This document shows positions 60,842 through 64,000 of a DNA stretch of 64,000 nucleotides, piece by piece. Each line of letters opens with the position of its first letter. Positions within the stretch are counted from its first letter, which is position 1. This DNA comes from Syntrophales bacterium (lineage in GTDB: Bacteria; Desulfobacterota; Syntrophia; Syntrophales; PHBD01). The notes beneath the pieces are model-generated. The model did no database searches. It was not told where the DNA came from and saw only the letters and a program-made list of their open reading frames with translations. The translations under genes and the position numbers were made by a program. The stretch lies in NCBI GenBank assembly GCA_963668175.1, contig OY764159.1, positions 1,824,001 through 1,888,000 of the forward strand, read 5' to 3'.

Positions 60842-60870
60842 GAGATAAGAGAATAATGATAATATGTCAA
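60842..60870 (-). promoter_or_regulatory. Putative sigma70 promoter (copy 2)
   Basis: TTGACA-N17-TATCTC. Confidence 0.45.
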
Positions 60871-61146
60871 TTGAATATTAGCATACCAAGATTAATTAAG
60901 CGGAGATTACGGAAAGACACCGGGTGTCGCCGGGGGGGCGGGGAGTGCACGGGAGGTTTCGGACGGAGACCGGAAACGGGGTGCTGCAACGACGTCGCCG
61001 CCGGGGACGTATTGCCGCCTTGTCGCCCCTTTGCTTTGGCGCGAATGCGGGCGGATTTCCCGGGACATCATCCTGCGCGCATTTGCGGATGCGATCGGAT
61101 GTTCCGGGCCGGCGGCGGTTCTCCCCCGGCCCTTTCAAGACACGCC

Positions 61147-61914
61147 TTACCTGGCCGGCTTCTGGTAGGAGAACTTCTCCTGCTTGACGGATGCGGGGGC
61201 CACGCTCAGGGCGCCGACCTCCGTAAGCGCCGCGTCCATCATGGGCGGGGGGCCGCAGAGATAGAAGGCGGCACCGGGACCGGCCCCGTGCCTCTTCAGG
61301 ATATCGGCGCTCAGGCGGCCCTTTTCGTAGAGGATGCGGGGAAAACGGGGCTGAAAGTGGTCCTGAACGTCGTCTTCGCGGCTCAGGCAATGGACGATAG
61401 TGAGGTTCAACTCCTGCGTCATCGCGCCGATTTCTTCCGCCGCGAAGGTTTCGGCCAGCGTCTTGTTCACCCAGAAGAGCGTCGTTTCGTTGGCGGCCTT
61501 GATATGACGGAAGTGCCGGAGCACGCTTAAAAACGGCGTCACGCCCACGCCGCCGGCCATCATGACGATCCCGGCGTCGCCGTCGATGCCCTTGCAGAAG
61601 ACGCCCAGGGGGCCCGTGCACCTGACTTCCGTTCCGGGTTTGAGATTGGGGATATCGGACGTGAACGCCCCCTCCTTCTTGATGGTGAAGCTGAGGAGCT
61701 TATCCTCGGGCGCAGCGGAGATGGTGAACGGGTGCGCCTCGCTCCATCCTTCGGGCCTCCTGATCGTGATCGAGGCAAACTGGCCCGCGGCCCTTTTAGA
61801 AAACTTTTCGTCGGACCCTTCGAGATAGACCGAGTTGATGTCGCCGTTTTCGGGGACGACCTTGACCACCTTCCAGATATTGTGCTCCGCTTGATCGGCC
61901 TTCAGTTCCGCCAT
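61147..61914 (-). CDS. FAD/NAD(P)-binding oxidoreductase (ferredoxin-NADP reductase family)
   Basis: AGQFA, HPFTIS, GPLGVF, AGGVGVTPFLS, YLCGPPPMM; ATG 61914 follows AAGGAGG. Confidence 0.88.
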   Translation of the reverse strand: MAELKADQAEHNIWKVVKVVPENGDINSVYLEGSDEKFSKRAAGQFASITIRRPEGWSEAHPFTISAAPEDKLLSFTIKKEGAFTSDIPNLKPGTEVRCTGPLGVFCKGIDGDAGIVMMAGGVGVTPFLSVLRHFRHIKAANETTLFWVNKTLAETFAAEEIGAMTQELNLTIVHCLSREDDVQDHFQPRFPRILYEKGRLSADILKRHGAGPGAAFYLCGPPPMMDAALTEVGALSVAPASVKQEKFSYQKPAR

Positions 61915-62069
61915 TCCTTTCACCTCCTTGTATATACGTGCAGTATACGACGTGCCGCAGGCCGTGTCAATGGAGGTTATGGGAAGACGGTTGGGCTGCC
62001 GCCTTGCGAAGAGGAAGCGGTCATGCCCGTCACCGCGTTGCGGGGCGGTCCCGAAGGAAGGAGCCGTAT

Positions 62070-63233
62070 TCAGGCCGTGCTCCCTCCGAAGAGGCTGGCC
62101 GTCTCCTTGAGCCAGTCGGCAATCGGGATGCCCTGCGGGCACGCCTCCTCGCACTGGCCGCATTCGACGCAGTTGGAGGCGTTGTGATCGGCGCCGATAT
62201 GGACGTCGTAGAAGATGCGGTTGGTGGCGACATCGTCCAGCATGTGGGCGTTGTTGAAGAGCGTGAAGCAGCCCGGGATGTTGACCCCGGAAGGGCAGGG
62301 CATGCAATAGCCGCACTGGGTGCAGCCGATCTTCATCCTTTTGCGGTAGACGGCCTTGACTTCGCCGATCAGGGCCTTCTCCTCCGCCGTCAGGGTGCCG
62401 GGGCCGACGAGGCCCGCAATGCGGACATTCTCCTCGACCTGTTCCATCTCGTTCATGCCGCTGAGGACGACGCTCACGGCCGGATGGTTGAAGAGGAAGC
62501 GGAAGGCCCACTCGGCGGGACTCCTTTTCTCCTTCGCGCCGTCCCATATCTTCCGCACGTCGGCGGGAATGTTTTTCGCCAGCCGTCCGCCCCGCAGGGG
62601 CTCCATGACGACCACGCCGAGTCCCTTGCCCGCCGCGTATTCGAGGCCTTCCGTGCCGGCCTGGTAGTGCTCGTCCATGTAATTGTACTGGATCTGGCAA
62701 AAAGACCATGGGTAGCTGTCCACAACCTCCTTGAACAGGTCGAGTTCGTCGTGATAGGAGAAGCCTGCGTGGCGTATCCGGCCCGAGGCGATGGCCGAGT
62801 CGAGGAAATCCCTGACGCCGTGCCTGAGCAGGTTCGGCCAGAACAGCTTGTTGACGGCGTGGACGAGGTAGAAGTCGATGTACGGCAGTTGGAGCCGCTC
62901 CAACTGCTCGTCGAGATAGCGGTCCATGTCCTTCCTGCTTTCGATGAGCCAGCTCGGGAGCTTCGTAGCCACGAAGACCTTCTCGCGCCAGCCGCCCCGA
63001 AGCGCCCGGCCGAGGAACCGCTCGCTGTTTCCCTGGTGGTAGGGGTAGGCCGTATCGACGTAGTTCACGCCGCGGTCGATGGCCCAGTGCAGAAGCCGCA
63101 CGGCTTTCGCCTCGTCGATCTCGCCGTCGTCGACGTGGAAGACGGCGTCGGGATTGGCCATAGGGAGCCGCATGCAGCCGAAGCCCAGGGCCGAAACGGA
63201 AACGCCGGTGCGTCCTAATGTACGATACAACAT
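62070..63233 (-). CDS. Aldo/keto reductase with C-terminal 4Fe-4S dicluster domain
   Basis: SALGFGCMRLP, DTAYPYH, ATKLP, MEPLRGGRL, CTQCGYCMPCP, CVECGQCEEACPQ. Confidence 0.92.
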   Translation of the reverse strand: MLYRTLGRTGVSVSALGFGCMRLPMANPDAVFHVDDGEIDEAKAVRLLHWAIDRGVNYVDTAYPYHQGNSERFLGRALRGGWREKVFVATKLPSWLIESRKDMDRYLDEQLERLQLPYIDFYLVHAVNKLFWPNLLRHGVRDFLDSAIASGRIRHAGFSYHDELDLFKEVVDSYPWSFCQIQYNYMDEHYQAGTEGLEYAAGKGLGVVVMEPLRGGRLAKNIPADVRKIWDGAKEKRSPAEWAFRFLFNHPAVSVVLSGMNEMEQVEENVRIAGLVGPGTLTAEEKALIGEVKAVYRKRMKIGCTQCGYCMPCPSGVNIPGCFTLFNNAHMLDDVATNRIFYDVHIGADHNASNCVECGQCEEACPQGIPIADWLKETASLFGGSTA

Positions 63234-63340
63234 ATGCTGCCTCCTTGCAGGATGCGCCCGAGGCGATGCCTGCACATGCGTTGGATTCGCTTTCCGCCGG
63301 TTTTTCGCTCCGGAACGATCCGGGCGTTGACAACCGGTTT

Positions 63341-63410
63341 CGAAACTGATAGTTTCGTTTCTATATGAATTCCGATTCGCCGTCAAGCAATATCGAAAAT
63401 ATTATTTTCG
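63341..63410. promoter_or_regulatory. Two TetR-type operator palindromes in the divergent promoter region
   Basis: CGAAACT-GAT-AGTTTCG (63341-63357) and CGAAAAT-ATT-ATTTTCG (63394-63410). The first overlaps TTGACA(63327)-N17-TAGTTT. Confidence 0.7.
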
Positions 63411-63429
63411 TAATAGGAGGGACACCATC

Positions 63430-64000
63430 ATGCTCCGTAGTGTAAACGACAGGAAGCCGCCGCCGGGCCGCGCCCCCGGCCGCCCCCGCAGCGAAAAGGC
63501 GCGGCGGGCGGTTATCGAGGCGGCTTACGGCCTCCTCGTGGAGAGGCCCCTGGAGGCCATCTCGACACTGGAGATCGCCTGCCGGGCCGGCGTCAGCACG
63601 GCCACGCTCTACCGGTGGTGGGAGAGCAAGGAGACGGTCCTTCTCGACGCCTTCTACGAAACGACGGGCCGGCATCTTCCTTTCCGGACGGACATTGTGA
63701 GTCCCCTGGAACGCCTGAAAGCCCATGCCCGCCAGGGGGCTCGCTATCTCCTGAGCGGCGACGGCCGCATCATGGCCAAACTGATCATGGCCGTCCAGGA
63801 CAACGAAGCGCTCCGCAGCCGGTTCCTGGAAAGGTTTTACGAACCGCGCCGGAAGGCCGCGCGGCAGGTTATCCTGGAGGCTGTGGCCGCCGGCGAGCTT
63901 CCGCCGGAGACGGACCCGGAGGTGCTGATCGACGCCATTTACGGCCCGCTTTACTTCCGTCTCTTTTTCGGCCACAGAAAACTCAACGCCTCCTTCGCCG
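63430..64000 (+). CDS. TetR/AcrR family regulator (3'-truncated by window; absent from ORF track)
   Basis: Manual translation MLRSVNDRKPPPGRAPGRPRSEKARRAVIEAA...EIACRAGVSTATLYRWWESKE; AGGAGG RBS. Confidence 0.9.
   Translation, partial: MLRSVNDRKPPPGRAPGRPRSEKARRAVIEAAYGLLVERPLEAISTLEIACRAGVSTATLYRWWESKETVLLDAFYETTGRHLPFRTDIVSPLERLKAHARQGARYLLSGDGRIMAKLIMAVQDNEALRSRFLERFYEPRRKAARQVILEAVAAGELPPETDPEVLIDAIYGPLYFRLFFGHRKLNASFA

Noticed and set aside
62047..62065. GGTCCCGAAGGAAGGAGCC resembles SRP RNA domain IV
   Set aside because: The GNRA tetraloop, CAGG and AGCAG are all altered, and there is no long enclosing helix.
61147..63333. 728-aa ORF that looks like a large fusion
   Set aside because: The first 473 codons overlap the aldo/keto reductase in another frame and the spacer; the real gene starts at 61914 with its own RBS.
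1..64000. CRISPR arrays, rRNA, intact tRNA, transposases, integrases, known defence systems
   Set aside because: No repeat-spacer periodicity or diagnostic motifs found by eye.

Overview
Chromosomal window from an anaerobic deltaproteobacterium; gene content suggests a Syntrophales-like organism (inference). (1) 1-15.9 kb: two catabolic operons. The first has a Liv-type ABC importer, acyl-CoA dehydrogenase, crotonase and GldA, followed by AbfD. The second is sigma54-driven: crotonase, SDR, acyl-CoA dehydrogenase, MFS transporter, CaiB/BaiF CoA-transferase and MaoC. A tRNA-Thr 3'-half remnant lies between them. (2) 16-19.5 kb: a low-GC insert with an acetyltransferase, ACP and AMP-ligase. (3) pstS-CHASE4 hybrid kinase-phoB, divergent from a PilZ gene, with Pho-box arrays facing both ways. 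(4) A sigma54 activator and a complete Na+-pumping glutarate module (gctAB, non-decarboxylating glutaryl-CoA dehydrogenase, gcdA-D-B-orf-C, Na+/solute symporter). (5) A 1.1-kb structured non-coding region holding a candidate sigma54-dependent sRNA. (6) Soluble MCP, nhaR/htpX-terC, a multi-PAS hybrid kinase and a frameshifted FG-GAP protein. (7) An 11-gene, mostly translationally coupled membrane cluster: zinc-finger RDD x2, B-box-like membrane proteins, DUF4129, DUF4350, MoxR, DUF58, SpoIIM and RDD. This is the best candidate for an uncharacterised system. (8) FNR-like reductase and aldo/keto reductase divergent from a truncated TetR with two operators. No CRISPR array, rRNA, intact tRNA, integrase or transposase was seen. 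All family calls come from motif recognition by eye; no searches were run.
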